A stretch of 64,000 bases of DNA from an uncultured Nitrososphaeraceae archaeon (GCA_963825865.1 CAWGVG010000018.1:1-64000), one strand, 5' to 3'; counted from the first letter of the stretch, positions 10,694 through 23,304 are shown. Program-made: numbers and translations. The notes: generated by a model not told the origin, from the sequence alone.

Positions 10694-11431
10694 TCCATGC
10701 GTTATCCTGAGATATTGCTCTATAAAATGTTAAGGAAACTAAAAAATCCTCCATCACCCCACCATGTAATACATAAAAGCAGCTGGCAAAAAGGCTGATA
10801 AGTAATGATCCTGCGCGCTTCTTGATAGTAATGACTTCTCATCCTTTAGGCTTTGGAATGACTCTAAAATCAGTTTCATTCTATCGTACTACTAACAAAC
10901 ATAAAACATAGCTGGTAAGGGGAGACATCATTAGGTAAGTGCTTTTAATTTTTAATATACAATAAGCCTTACTACCATTGGCTGACTTCTGTATATGCTT
11001 AGCCTCATCTAGTAACATCAAACGCAAACATTTAGCAAAAGCATATAGATTACTGCTTATAAGAAAATACTAATATATTAGCACAAGCAAGTCTGTCTCG
11101 ATTTTATTTATTTATGAACTTGGTTGACTTCTCAATTGCCTTGTTAGCATTTGCAAGTACTTTTTGTAATGAACTGCGCTTGTATCCAAAAAGAGGTTTA
11201 TATCAATCAAATAATTGCTTCCGGCTTTTCTCTTTATAGAACGATGCTAGCTCATTGAAATATGATGGGGAATTAGAGTTATCATTATTCTTATTTGTAG
11301 AGAGATGATACCTACCTAAGCGTTTTGTATTTTTCAAATATTCTCATTATCTAATAATTCCTATAAAGTTAGCTTTTTGTATTTCGTTCCATAATTCCTT
11401 AATTCTCATCATGTTCAGGATTTAATGGATA

Positions 11432-11813
11432 TTGCTGGAAGTATTGCAACAGGTACTGGCCTTTATTTTTACAGCCATAACTTTTTGGGTTATATTTCCA
11501 AGAACAAGAAAATCTGATCAGGTTAAAATTGCTAGTGACATTAGCAAGGAACTCACAGAAATAGTACTAGATATTCCAGAAGATATTGCACATAAAAAGG
11601 AAAAAAGACATAGACATATTCAATATCTGAATGTATGGGAGTCGTTTGCTTTATTAGTTAATGATCGTGAACTAAAGAATATAAATATCTTAGAGCGTTT
11701 TAAACCAAACCTAATGAGACCATGACACAATTCTGAGCGAATATCCCGATTTAAAAGATAACGACGACGAGTTTCAGCAATTTAAGGATCTATACAAAAA
11801 ATGGAAGCGTTGA
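11432..11813 (+). pseudogene. Hypothetical single-TM protein, probably disrupted
   Basis: N-terminal TM and 'YLNVWESFALLVN' segment; a tail (YPDLKDNDDEFQQFKDLYKKWKR) lies in another frame. Confidence 0.4.
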
Positions 11814-11925
11814 TAAGATTTCATAAGCCCCAAACTACTATTATCTTCTAACATTCTATACTAACATAGCCATAATCTTTTTGGTATTATTATACATGCA
11901 AGTATAAGACGAAGACAAATTATTG

Positions 11926-12300
11926 TTACTGCAAAGCGAGTTCCACACATACATCGAATTTTGTATAATATTTCTTGACGTCTAAATCACCATATTTTGA
12001 TCTGAATTTTTCTGTTACTTCTTTAACTTTGTTAACATCGGTTATTGGTTTGACTTTGCCAATTATCTCCTGTCCATCTACAGTAATTTTCATATTTGGA
12101 TTTTTTTGCACATTTTTATACCATTCAGTATCTGATCCTTGAACTGGCAGAAGATATAATATATTGCCTTCATATACAAACCATACAGGTCTGGATATTT
12201 CTCGACCCGATTTTCTCCCTGTGACAAACAACTCAATTTCCTTTGTTCTATCTAACGTGCTCTTTAGTTCAGATTCTAGCATACATGCACTATTCTGCAT
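11926..12300 (-). CDS. Deazaflavin (F420)-dependent nitroreductase-like protein
   Basis: VTGRKSGREISRPVWFV...SDTEWYKNVQKNP...KFRSKY. Confidence 0.8.
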   Translation of the reverse strand: MQNSACMLESELKSTLDRTKEIELFVTGRKSGREISRPVWFVYEGNILYLLPVQGSDTEWYKNVQKNPNMKITVDGQEIIGKVKPITDVNKVKEVTEKFRSKYGDLDVKKYYTKFDVCVELALQ

Positions 12301-12944
12301 ATGTGCTAATTATATTTTTAATAAAAGTCAACAACAAAAAAGAATATGCTTCTAAAGAGAAATAGTTATGAACAGTTCTTTTATAATGTGCATACTAGTT
12401 TATTGCTTTGAACACCGGTTTTGAATGAAATTCATGCAATGCATTTAAGCAATCGATTATTAAATATGAGTTTATGCAAACTGGTGGATTGACAAGATGA
12501 CTTGAATCTATTAGAAAATCTATCAAGAAAAATTTAGATTTGATGCCTGAAAATCTAAAAGAAATTTTTCGATCGTATTTAACACAATGTATAGAAGGAA
12601 ACATCAGCAATGATACCTGATACTACTGCTATTTGGATGCTGCCAGAAGATAACCTATTATCGCTATTACATTTAGACCGTGTTCTTCTGAGTCTACACG
12701 GATCTGTAACAAAGCATGTCATGCTAGCTGTAAACGATTCACTACCATCGTTTAACATCAGATAATTTGTTATTAATTAGTGGTAACAATAATCTTAAGA
12801 AGTCTGATAAGAGAAAACATCTCTAGTATTTGCATAATCCCGATTGCATACAATGATAGCATACCTAGTAGATATACTGGTTACATAAGTATTACAAGCT
12901 TGATTTTGGAGAAGGTATGATACATTGGTAAGGCAACGGTACCG

Positions 12945-13252
12945 CTAGGCTTGCGGGTGATCCATGGCTTGACGGGCGTGATATTCCGGATCATTGGGAT
13001 GCGGAGTCAGCGGTGTAATGGTGGCCTTCATCCAGATATGAATGGATAACGAGGCGAGGACTTCGAAGCTCTGCCTCGTCGGCGGCGCGGAACAGCCCAA
13101 TGCTGCGCCATTCGCCTGGACCGAGCGGCGGGCGCCAGAGCCGGACCAAATGGCCTGCTTTGGCGAGCTCAGCGGCGCGCACTGCCTCCGCCGCGCGCAA
13201 TTCATCGACTTTGACGGGGCTAGTTCCTTCGGGAACCGTGGTGACCAGATCG
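12945..13252 (-). pseudogene. catC: Muconolactone delta-isomerase-like gene, GC-rich, 5'-truncated and frameshifted
   Basis: DLVTTVPEGTSPVKVDELRAAEAVRAAELAKAGHLVRLWRPPLGPGEWRSIGLFRAADEAELR / EVLASLSIHIWMKATITPLTPHPNDP. Confidence 0.85.
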
Positions 13253-13404
13253 GAATGAGATCGCTAACAGTATTGATGGATCAAATAGATATATCATATT
13301 GGCTTGCTTTGCTCAGAACTGTACTGACGTTGATATGATGAAGTAAAATCTCTCTTATTAGATATCGATAAATAATCGATTATGAAAAACTAAATAAATA
13401 CTCT

Positions 13405-13659
13405 ATGCTAGGACCAAAGTTCATAGGTCATGATGTTGAACTCCAACAGTTATACGAGTTAGCAATAGTCGGCCCAAGTAATCATGGCGGCACTCTTTTT
13501 ATTGAAGCTGCAGCAGGAATGGGAACAAGTAGAGTATTGAAGGAGTTCGAAGAGCGAACCCAGAGAGATCCACAATTAAAAGATACACTTTTCAGTAGCG
13601 TTGAATGTGATGAGTTGTCGGACCTGATAGTGCATATCAGCCCTTCAAAGAAATATTAG
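13405..13659 (+). pseudogene. AAA/STAND-type ATPase N-terminal fragment
   Basis: FIGHDVELQQL...LFIEAAAGMGTSRVLKEF (degenerate Walker A); truncated. Confidence 0.55.
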
Positions 13660-14012
13660 CTATTGATTACAATTATCGTTTTTAAACATGGAGTTTCAAG
13701 ATACCGTAATGGTTTCTTTGGATTGTTCAGGACTAGACGTTATTAAGAGAATTTGACAAGTCGGTCTTTTCTATAGAATTAATTTGTACATTTAGATTGC
13801 TTGACTATCCTTGTGTTGATAAATGTTATTATTGAAAAAATGGAAATTTTACTTTCGTTCTAATGATTCATATAAATCCGTAGTTTACTCGTTTATATAC
13901 AATATGAGTGATGAGATAAGAACAATTTATAATATACACCACTACCGACGGGAGAAATACGTCACAGTTAAAGACACAATGACTTTAACGTCATGTTCGG
14001 AATAAAGTAAAA

Positions 14013-15757
14013 TTGTCAGAAGACAACAACAAGGCTGATCGAATAAAACAGAAAAAGAATTATAGTAGAGAGAACTACAATAAGAAATTCCCATCTGACT
14101 ATTTTAGATTTTCATCTTGGAAATCATCTTCATTGCCGTCATCGTCATCAGAAGTGACAACAGCATCAGTAAAGATACCTACGAGTGCTTGGAAGACCCT
14201 CGTGGTTTTAAGCTGCCATTGCAGCCATGGTGATGTATGCAGAAACAATGCTGATACCAGCCATTCCAGATCTCATAAGAGATTTTCATGTATCCTATGG
14301 TATGTCCTCGTGGATTCTTACCTCCTATTTAATTTCGGGAGCTGTTATGACTCCAATAGCCGGTAAGCTATCTGACATATACGGGAAGAAAAAAATGTTG
14401 CTTGTTATAATGATAATTTACGGGGTAGGTGTATCCTCTGCAGGTTTTTCTAATAGCATAATTTTCATGCTAGTTTCTAGAGCGATTCAAGGAATAGGTT
14501 TGTCTATGTTTCCAATTGCATTCGGTATAATAAGAGAACAATTTCCAAGACAAAAAATTGCTATAGGCCAAGGAATAATAAGTTCTATGTTTGCAGCTGG
14601 TTCGTCAATTGGTTTGTATGTAGGAGGAGCCATTATACAACACTTCAGCTGGCATGCCACTTTTTTTACTATAATACCTATTTCGATTATTTTGTTATTC
14701 ACAATATGGCGATTCATTAATATAAAAAAGAATAATGAGTTTAATAATAGTAAAAGAATACAACCTGGTCAACAGCAGCAGGAAAAAGTGGAAAAAATAG
14801 AAGGAGAAAAAGGAACTAGCAACAACTACTTAATCGGTGAAAACCAGTGAATCAATAAAATCCATAGTCCAGATTGATGTTAGAGGAGCTGTAACCTTAG
14901 CCGCAACTATCATATCATTCCTGCTAATACTGACTTATTCTCAAACAGACAATAGTATTAATGATATTGATTTGCTCGTGAATATCAAAGCTAATGCCAA
15001 CGCTATCTCATTAGAGCAGGTTCTAATTTTATTTGCAATTGGCATTGTTTCACTTACCGCATTTATAATTATAGAAAACCGAGCAAAGTATCCGTTAGTT
15101 GATTTTAGATTACTGATGAACAAGGCAATACTTCCTGCAAACCTTATTATAATGATCTTTGGTATCTCTATGTTTACCATATTTCAAACAGTACCTATAC
15201 TTACAAGAACTCCAGGACCTATTGGATTTGGAGGAAATGCTATTACTGCCGGAAACATTCAACTGCCGTTTGCACTGATACTTTTGATCGTTGGTTCCAC
15301 TTCAGGCTTTTTAATATCTAAATTTGGTTCAATAAAACCAATCATTGCTGGAGCTATTATTATGGTAGTAGGCTTCTTTGCTCTCTCGCTATTACACTCG
15401 TCAGTAATTGCGGTTTCCGTAAATCTTGCAGTTGTATCTGCAGGAATGTCTTTGATAAATGTAGGATCAATGAATGTAGTTACTCTGGCAACACCAAGGC
15501 AATCTATTGGAATATCTTTAGGAATGAATATGCTTATTAGGATTATTGGAAGCTCGATAGGACCTGCGATTGCAGGTATGTATATGCAGACATATCAATC
15601 AAAGATAAGTATTCATGGTTTAATACAGCACTTTCCATCTACTATTTCATTTGATTTAATATTTATTACCTCTACTATGTTGTCGGTTGGTTCTCTTATA
15701 TTAGCATTAATACTCAAGCACAGAATCACAAAAATGAAAATACCAAATCTAAATTAG
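14013..15757 (+). pseudogene. MFS transporter (DHA2-like) split by two frameshifts (~14216, ~14830)
   Basis: GKLSDIYGKKK motif A; three overlapping ORFs form one ~580-aa permease. Confidence 0.85.
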
Positions 15758-16367
15758 GTAGTTCCCAACCAGGCCTAAGAACAAAATACTTTCGATATTA
15801 TTATAAATTCGAAAACAAATTAATTCTGCCACAATAACGTGCGTTGGTTCCATGATTAATCTCATGAGAGGAAATCTATCAATATACATGCCTAATATAG
15901 TCTAGTCAGACATTTCTTACAAACATGGCTATTATATGCTGAATGTTCTATTTTACCATTTTTGGTATATTTAAAACAGAATTGTGATAGCAAGATGGCG
16001 ATTCTGATAATTACATGTTATAAGCAATACTAAAAAATATGGAAGCGAGTCCCAAAGCAGAAATTATCACTCTATTTGATTGGTGGTTTATTAGAAATCA
16101 AGCGACAGTTGGCGGGCAACAAAAGATCCCAGCATGGAGATTAGATTATACCTGACATAATCGAGTCATTAAATTTCTCCTTCGGAGTAGTTACTCATTT
16201 AAGATTGTAATCAATTACGCCTATCTTTATTGCTCCAATTTGGTAGGTGAGTTGATATTGAAGCCACAACAGCTGAGAGCTAAAACAGAATTTGCAGTGC
16301 CAGGTGTTGGTATACTCTCAACCGGACCAGGCTAATACAAATAAAGCGAATCTAATAACAGGCTTTT

Positions 16368-17828
16368 TTATTTAGCATGCTCAGTAGCTGCAGTGGTAGG
16401 AACTATTCTATATATTGTTCCTTGAGTTTTGTCAAACGTAAGTACATATAGATAACCATCATCAGTTCCCGGTCCTACTTTGATATCTGTAATGCCACCA
16501 AAGCCTTTTCCAAATATTATTCCATTAAGTGTATCCGAACTATTTGTATTTGCAACTATATCAGCAAATGGGCCATTACGTGGGAGTATTAATTCTGTTC
16601 TTTGTGAGTTTAGCTTAAAATGGTAAATATTTCCATTGATGTTATCACCAACAAATATATCATTTTCATATGGGCTGCCCATCTTGTTAGAATTAAAGAA
16701 TTTGATCCCAGTAGGAGCTACACTTCGAAACCAAGTAAATTGAGGTGTATGATATTTTCCTATTCCACCAAAATCTACTAAATCATGCGGGTGAAGTGGA
16801 GCAACATGATGTTTTTCAGTTTGATCGATATTATATCCGCGTAGCCATATTCCATCAATCTTGTTATACCCACTGTTAAATCCTGGTTGAACCAAATTAA
16901 TTTCATCACCAAATATTAAACCGTTTTCAGTATCCCATAGATTTCCGGTAACTGGATCAAAATCAACGCCAAAACTATTCCACATTCCATATGAATAATA
17001 CAAGTTTAAAGGAAATTTGTTGCTAAGAATACCTGGAACCACTGCTTTTCCATCCTGATTAATTCGGAGTATGCCACCTGTTCCATCTGGATCAGAGCCA
17101 TTCTGAACATTTTGTGCCTTGGTAGTATGTCCATTGCCCACATCGCCGATCGTGATATATATATTATTATTAGATCCAACAATGACTTTGCCGCCATTAC
17201 CAATAGCCCCTGGAATTGCTGGAAGGTCTAACAAGAGTTTTGGATTCACTAACTTATTATTATTAATCAGTTCATACCTGTATAGACGATTTCCCAAAGG
17301 TTGTTTTCCTTCTTTAATATCATCACCATCTTTTGTTGGTGCCTCTGTATAATATAAGAAAACATAGGTAGTAGTATTGTTATTGTCATTAACATGTCCA
17401 TGTTTTGATTGAAGTATAGGAGGAGGAGCTATTGCTATACCTAACATACCTCTATGGCCGTAGCTCGCAACGTTAACATCTAGCAAAGGTTGTGGCAATA
17501 TCGTGCCATTTACAATTCTCCTTACAGTACCGGTATCTTTTTCTGTGACCAAAATATCTTTGGGACCTAAGAAAGCCATACTGGTGGGATATCTTAATCC
17601 TTTGAAAATTACTTCTGCCTTTAGGTTAGGATCATTTATAATTGGTCCTTTAGAAGAAGGAACACCTACTTCAGGATATTTTGATTTCAATGCATTTGCA
17701 AGATGGTGTCTATAATGATACTCATCAAAGTATTGATATTCAACTGTCAAAGATATAGATGTCAAAATCAAAATTGCAAGTAAAATTAGCCTTACAAACG
17801 ATGACGAGGATGATGATATTAATGACAT
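16368..17828 (-). CDS. PQQ-dependent sugar dehydrogenase (soluble GSDH family), secreted or anchored
   Basis: GLRYPTSMAFLGP, RGMLGIA, YGMWNSFGVDFDPVTGNLWDTENG, DEINLV, GFGGITDIKVGP. Confidence 0.9.
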   Translation of the reverse strand: MSLISSSSSSFVRLILLAILILTSISLTVEYQYFDEYHYRHHLANALKSKYPEVGVPSSKGPIINDPNLKAEVIFKGLRYPTSMAFLGPKDILVTEKDTGTVRRIVNGTILPQPLLDVNVASYGHRGMLGIAIAPPPILQSKHGHVNDNNNTTTYVFLYYTEAPTKDGDDIKEGKQPLGNRLYRYELINNNKLVNPKLLLDLPAIPGAIGNGGKVIVGSNNNIYITIGDVGNGHTTKAQNVQNGSDPDGTGGILRINQDGKAVVPGILSNKFPLNLYYSYGMWNSFGVDFDPVTGNLWDTENGLIFGDEINLVQPGFNSGYNKIDGIWLRGYNIDQTEKHHVAPLHPHDLVDFGGIGKYHTPQFTWFRSVAPTGIKFFNSNKMGSPYENDIFVGDNINGNIYHFKLNSQRTELILPRNGPFADIVANTNSSDTLNGIIFGKGFGGITDIKVGPGTDDGYLYVLTFDKTQGTIYRIVPTTAATEHAK

Positions 17829-18183
17829 TGCATACTTGTCGAAAACTTAATGGAATATCAAAGTATTAAAACTATCAGTTTTTCATAATTGTTCCTTAAT
17901 TACCCGCATTCTTTTCTAACATCGATAGTGGAATCGCTAATCAGATTAAATAGCTCTTGATGCCAACGAATTGATGAAATGTAAACTACCGAACGCCTAT
18001 TTGAAGTTGGGAGTACCTGTGAGTACTAAGATGATTTTTTAATAATAAATATGATAGCATATGGCTGCTGCATTAGCTTAAGCAGCCTAAAAAGTTATTT
18101 AGGATAAATATAAATCATCATGTTTTCAAGTAAACAATAAGGTCAGTGCTTTTAAGGTCTTTTAATCCAATAACATTTAAGAA

Positions 18184-18681
18184 GTGCAAGACAGAGGTAA
18201 ACTTGTGTCAAAGAGCACCAGCAATAATTCAATAGCTGCAGACGCTGAGGCAGCATCATCTTCTAGCAAGGACGAGATAATTAGAGGACTGAACGAAGAT
18301 CTGGCAAGGGAGTACAAAGCAATTATCCAATACGTCGTATTCAGTTCCACATTGAAGGGCGCCGAGTATGGAGACATTGCAGAACAGTTGAAAAACCATG
18401 CATCGCAGGAGCTAGCACACGCTCTGGAGGTGGCTAAGCAGATCGACTATCTAGGTGGAGACCCGACGGTGAAAGGCAAAGAGGCCGAATTTTCTCAGGA
18501 TTCAAAGACAATGCTTGAGATTGACCTGAGGGCTGAACAAGAAACTATCAAAAATTATAGAGAGAGAATCCGTCAGGCGGAACGCGCTAGTGAATTTGCT
18601 CTCTCTGAAACATTAAGAGACATCATCTTACAGGAGCAGGACCACGAAATTGATCTGAAAGATGCCCTCGGACTACGATGA
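18184..18681 (+). CDS. Ferritin-like / bacterioferritin-domain protein
   Basis: LNEDLAREYKAIIQY, EL.HA, DLRAEQETIKNY, EQDH di-iron ligands. Confidence 0.88.
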   Translation: MQDRGKLVSKSTSNNSIAADAEAASSSSKDEIIRGLNEDLAREYKAIIQYVVFSSTLKGAEYGDIAEQLKNHASQELAHALEVAKQIDYLGGDPTVKGKEAEFSQDSKTMLEIDLRAEQETIKNYRERIRQAERASEFALSETLRDIILQEQDHEIDLKDALGLR

Positions 18682-18785
18682 TAATGAGTTCTAACATAAT
18701 CAAGCCTTTTATTTATAATAGAAAATGTGAATCGTTAATACTTCCAAGTACAAAAAACAAGCCATTGTTAATGCATCTTATAGAT

Positions 18786-19130
18786 TATTTATTGAACCTA
18801 CGGTAAAGCGCTATTATGTTGTTGCATATGCTCACCTGTATTCTCCTTTTTCAATTAGAATAACACCTTCCCCTAGTTCGTCATTTGGATTTTCGTAACT
18901 TATTACTGGAGAACCAGGATATTCTTTAGCACATTTATTACAGAAATATCTTGAAAACCTGTCTTCATTTAATCTTTCTATATTACCTAGGAATATTTGA
19001 GGGACTCCAAGGCTGGCCCTGAGTTCTTCTTGCTCTGTTAGTTTGGCAAAAGCATAACCACCTGAGCCTAACAGTTTCTTTTCCTCTAAATCTTCGCCTT
19101 CGCCCACATATAGTACGTCTTATGTCTATA
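18786..19130 (-). pseudogene. Conserved thaumarchaeal Zn-ribbon protein, frameshifted near both ends
   Basis: YFCNKCAKEY...EKGEYR, continuing in a shifted frame as SICNNIIALYRRFNK*. Confidence 0.6.
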
Positions 19131-19868
19131 ATTTTAACAATACACCGTGAACTCCTGTCAGAAAAGTGGTTTTTAATTATTCTATTTCTACATAGCGACT
19201 TTCCTGATCTAAGATTTACATTTAATGATATGTCAACAATACAATGATATTTTCCTCCTTGAGTACTAGTTGAACATATCTGTACACAAGAGTATAATAT
19301 TCCTCGATGGAGGCATTCGGAAACACACTATTGCTTTAACTTAGAAGAGCCTACACGACACTTTAAATAATTAACAGAATCTAATTAGGATCATATTTGA
19401 TAGAATAGTGACGCCATAATATTTTATCGAAGTCATTCAAGACTTTTGGATACTATATTTATTATTCCTGCATATGCAATTGACTCTTACCACTAAAATG
19501 CACCAAAAAGTCACAACGAATTAGGGAATAGCTTGGGAATGAAGTGGCAGAAAGGGCGGCAATGACTAATGTCAAACATAGTGGTAATGGCAGCTTGTAC
19601 TTGGCACAATAGCAACAGATGATCTTATTGCACCGGTCTTAACATAAACAAATTGTGGTGGTATAGATAGTTGAATGAATTAAGACTTTCAATACCTTTA
19701 TGTATTTGGTGTATTTACATTCATACGATTCTTAAAACCTGAAATGGCTAAGCTTTAACTTTAATAATATCCATGTATCAAAACTAATCTAGCCTATGTG
19801 TCTGTGTTTGATTTTTCTACGGGAATCAAGGAATATAGATGCGATGAGCAAATATGTGAAAAAAATAA

Positions 19869-21983
19869 TTGGAAGTAGTGGTTAGAAAGAAGGACTCGAC
19901 AAGATTAGTTTGGGATACAAAGCCACGTCATGCAATTAATTCAAAGGATATAGTATTTCAAATCGCTGAAGTTGTGCTTTCAAATCCAGCAAGAGACGAA
20001 TCAACAATTCAATCCATTTTTAATATTCCTTCCAATACTCAACTTAAAAGAAACAGGATGAACAGACTTATTTTGGGGAACAACCTTTTTACAATGCAAG
20101 CACTTCTTGCTTCAGGCTATGAAGGTAAGATAAGTCTGATATATATTGATCCTCCGTTTTGGACAAATGAAAACTATTTCGCAAAATTCGAAATAGGCTG
20201 CACAGAAATTACTAAAATACCTTCAAGAATTGAACGGCTAGCTTACAAGGATAGGTGGGAAGGTGGAATTGATTCCTTCTTAGATATGCTTTATCCAAGA
20301 TTACAGTTAATGAGAAGATTACTTGCAGACAATGGTTCTATTTTTTTGCACCTCGACTACCATATTGCTCATTACACCAAGTTGATGATGGATGAGATAT
20401 TCGGCATAGAGAATTTCAGAAATGAAATTGTAGTAAAGCGAGGACGTAAAAAAGGTTTGATGTATCAATTCAAAAAAGTAGATAGAATGCATTCCAGTAC
20501 CGATAGCATATTATGGTATACCAAGTCTTCTAATAGTAAATTTAGGCTCCCACTTTCAGAGACAGAAAGCGTTGAGGCAAAATGGATGGGGTTCTGGAGC
20601 AATGTTGACAGGCCGACTATGCGTTATGATCTCCTAGCAATTACTCCAGAGAGAGGGCAATGGAAATGGAAAAAGGAAAGAGCATTGAGAGCTGTTGAAA
20701 ATTATCGCAGGTTTGAAGGTGAATTTAATAGAAATTCCATCTCTGAAGGGTATCAGAATTTATCAAAAGGAGAATTAGATTTTCTGAAAAATAAAAGCCT
20801 TTTGGAATACTGGAGGTCAAATGGTCAGACATTAGAATTTATCAGAAAGCGGGAAGGAGTGAAGTATCCTGAATATTGGGTAGAACCACGAGAACACAGA
20901 CTCATAGACAACTTATGGACAGATATTGAAGCATACGATTACTCTTCTAATTATCCTACTGAAAAGCATACTGAATTGTTAGATAGAATAATTACTAACT
21001 TTTCAGATGAAGGGGACCTGATTGCAGACTTCTTTGGAGGCTCCGGAACAACATTTGTGACAGCTGAGAGAAAAGGCCGGCAGTGGATTGGATGTGATTT
21101 TTCAAAAATAGCAATACAAATAACACGCAATCGGTTGGTTCAAAGTGATTCCAAACCATTTCTTATAGAGAATCTGGAAAATTATCAGGGGCATTTAACT
21201 GGCTCACGCATTTATGAGATTCAACCGAGAATTCTCAAGCTATATGGCGCAACTCACAGAAATGACCATCTTGACATGGGAATAAAGAAAATTGATGAAT
21301 TGATTGAACTAGTCTATGTAAGTTATCCTGACAGACCAGTAACTGCGAAAAAGGTAGAAGAGCTCGAATCATTATCAGAACACCTTGATGGAAGATGTTA
21401 TGAGCAGTTAGTTATTCTAGGTTGGGATTACGAGTACAACTACGATGAGATTCTTCGTGAAAGAGAACGTGCATCAAAGAGACAATGGCATACCAAAATT
21501 GTTAGTAAAATTATACCGCCTGAGATGTATGGATACCTAAAAAAAGCAAAAAATATAGCTAATGTGGATTATTCTTTGGATGGAAAGGTACAATTCTATG
21601 ATAAACCATACTTACTTCTTCTCAAACCAGAAATACTACAAATACAGAGAAAATATCAAGTAACTGTTGGCATAGATCGTTATGTTGTATTTGATTATCC
21701 CATAGAAAATGAGGAACATCAGAAGGAAGTTCAAGAATTGGTCAAGGACAAGCCACTGTCATTAATTGATTATTGGGCTGTAGATTGGGATTATGACGGT
21801 GTAAATTTCAAATCCACTTGGCAAGCAATGCGTCGAATCGGTAGAAACATACAATCAATACCAAAATCTACAAGTAAAGAACTCGAGGGGGGAAAGTTAT
21901 ACACAATTGCTATAAGAGTAGTAGATATTTTTGGAAATGATGCTGGTAACACGGTAAAAGTTGATTTAAAAAATAAGAAATAA
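19869..21983 (+). CDS. mod: Site-specific amino-DNA methyltransferase, beta class, Type III Mod-like
   Basis: LIYIDPPF (motif IV) precedes YPTEK and DFFGGSGTT (motif I); C-terminal IDYWAVDWDY...RVVDIFGND tail. Confidence 0.9.
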   Translation: MEVVVRKKDSTRLVWDTKPRHAINSKDIVFQIAEVVLSNPARDESTIQSIFNIPSNTQLKRNRMNRLILGNNLFTMQALLASGYEGKISLIYIDPPFWTNENYFAKFEIGCTEITKIPSRIERLAYKDRWEGGIDSFLDMLYPRLQLMRRLLADNGSIFLHLDYHIAHYTKLMMDEIFGIENFRNEIVVKRGRKKGLMYQFKKVDRMHSSTDSILWYTKSSNSKFRLPLSETESVEAKWMGFWSNVDRPTMRYDLLAITPERGQWKWKKERALRAVENYRRFEGEFNRNSISEGYQNLSKGELDFLKNKSLLEYWRSNGQTLEFIRKREGVKYPEYWVEPREHRLIDNLWTDIEAYDYSSNYPTEKHTELLDRIITNFSDEGDLIADFFGGSGTTFVTAERKGRQWIGCDFSKIAIQITRNRLVQSDSKPFLIENLENYQGHLTGSRIYEIQPRILKLYGATHRNDHLDMGIKKIDELIELVYVSYPDRPVTAKKVEELESLSEHLDGRCYEQLVILGWDYEYNYDEILRERERASKRQWHTKIVSKIIPPEMYGYLKKAKNIANVDYSLDGKVQFYDKPYLLLLKPEILQIQRKYQVTVGIDRYVVFDYPIENEEHQKEVQELVKDKPLSLIDYWAVDWDYDGVNFKSTWQAMRRIGRNIQSIPKSTSKELEGGKLYTIAIRVVDIFGNDAGNTVKVDLKNKK

Positions 21984-23304
21984 ATTGAAGAATAAATTAC
22001 TAGACAGCCTTAGTGGAACAATCCGATATTAACAACAACCTATAATATAGAACGATAGTCCAACCTACGATTAATAGGCCGATGCATATGTTAGAGCCCT
22101 CCTACCTACGGAGAGACAATAGTGTGTTTGAAGAATCTCTATACAGACTTTAAAATCAGACATATAATAAAACATGGGCGTTTTCTGATTAGTAACAATA
22201 TTTGGGACAAAATCTTGGCAGGCTCATAAACAGTCATAAACAACACATCTTAGTTGAATCCGACTTTACACGTTGAATAACATGTAAATCCAAAAATAGC
22301 ATTTTTTAGATTGGTGTATCCATTTCTAGAGCACAAGGAGTTCAGGGCTTTTGGAAATTAAAGACAAAGTGAACCAAAATGTTAGTTCGTGATTGATAAC
22401 AAAGAATACAGATGTACAAATTACTAAGCATCATTATCTATTTCTTTTAGTATTTTGCACATACATTCGCTGGGATTGAATTTTCACAAATTTTGCCCTC
22501 TATTACAACTATAAACAAAATGAACTGATCGTTGAAATCGAGGCTATCCGAGCACGTATACCTAAGAAACAATTTAAAGAAAAAATAGACAAAATGGTGC
22601 CGAAATCTAAACAAATCTCTCATTAGTGGCATTATGTATCAACGTATCTAAGAGTAGTTAAATGCGAATAGTGTCGATAGAGAGCAATGAACAAAAAGTC
22701 CAGAAAGAGTTACGGTAGATTAATAAAACTGGCCCAGCAACGTAAACTTAGCGTCGGTTTGACTAGGTAGAAAATATTGTAAACTATTATCGAATGGTAG
22801 TCACATATCTTGCTCCCTTGCCAGAGTTATTGCTGCCGATATTATCCACACTATAAATACAAGGAATGAGTATATATTGTTTCATTATCTGGACAAATAA
22901 AGTATCCATAGGATCTATTCTATAATAATAATAATAATATGCTACGCTATTATCTATACACCCAGCGTACTGATCCAAGAATTGCTATTATGGAACCATT
23001 TGTATTTCAGATCAAATAATAATTAGTCGATATCCTTCAGTTTGGAATCGCTTAAACCACATTCTTTGCATTTGTAAATAATTGTCTTTTCCCTTCACTT
23101 CAATCTCGAAACGGTTCCTGCAATGTTAATGCAAATGAACTCTGGCTGGAACTGCTTATGTCCCGACCATATCATACAGGTATTAAATGCAAGCTGTAGA
23201 ATCTGTAGAGCTTACTTTATGAAATTGAAAGACAAAGTGAAAATAGGGGAACTAAGATTATCAAACCTTATAAATCAATATTAATAATTACAGATTTATA
23301 AAAG

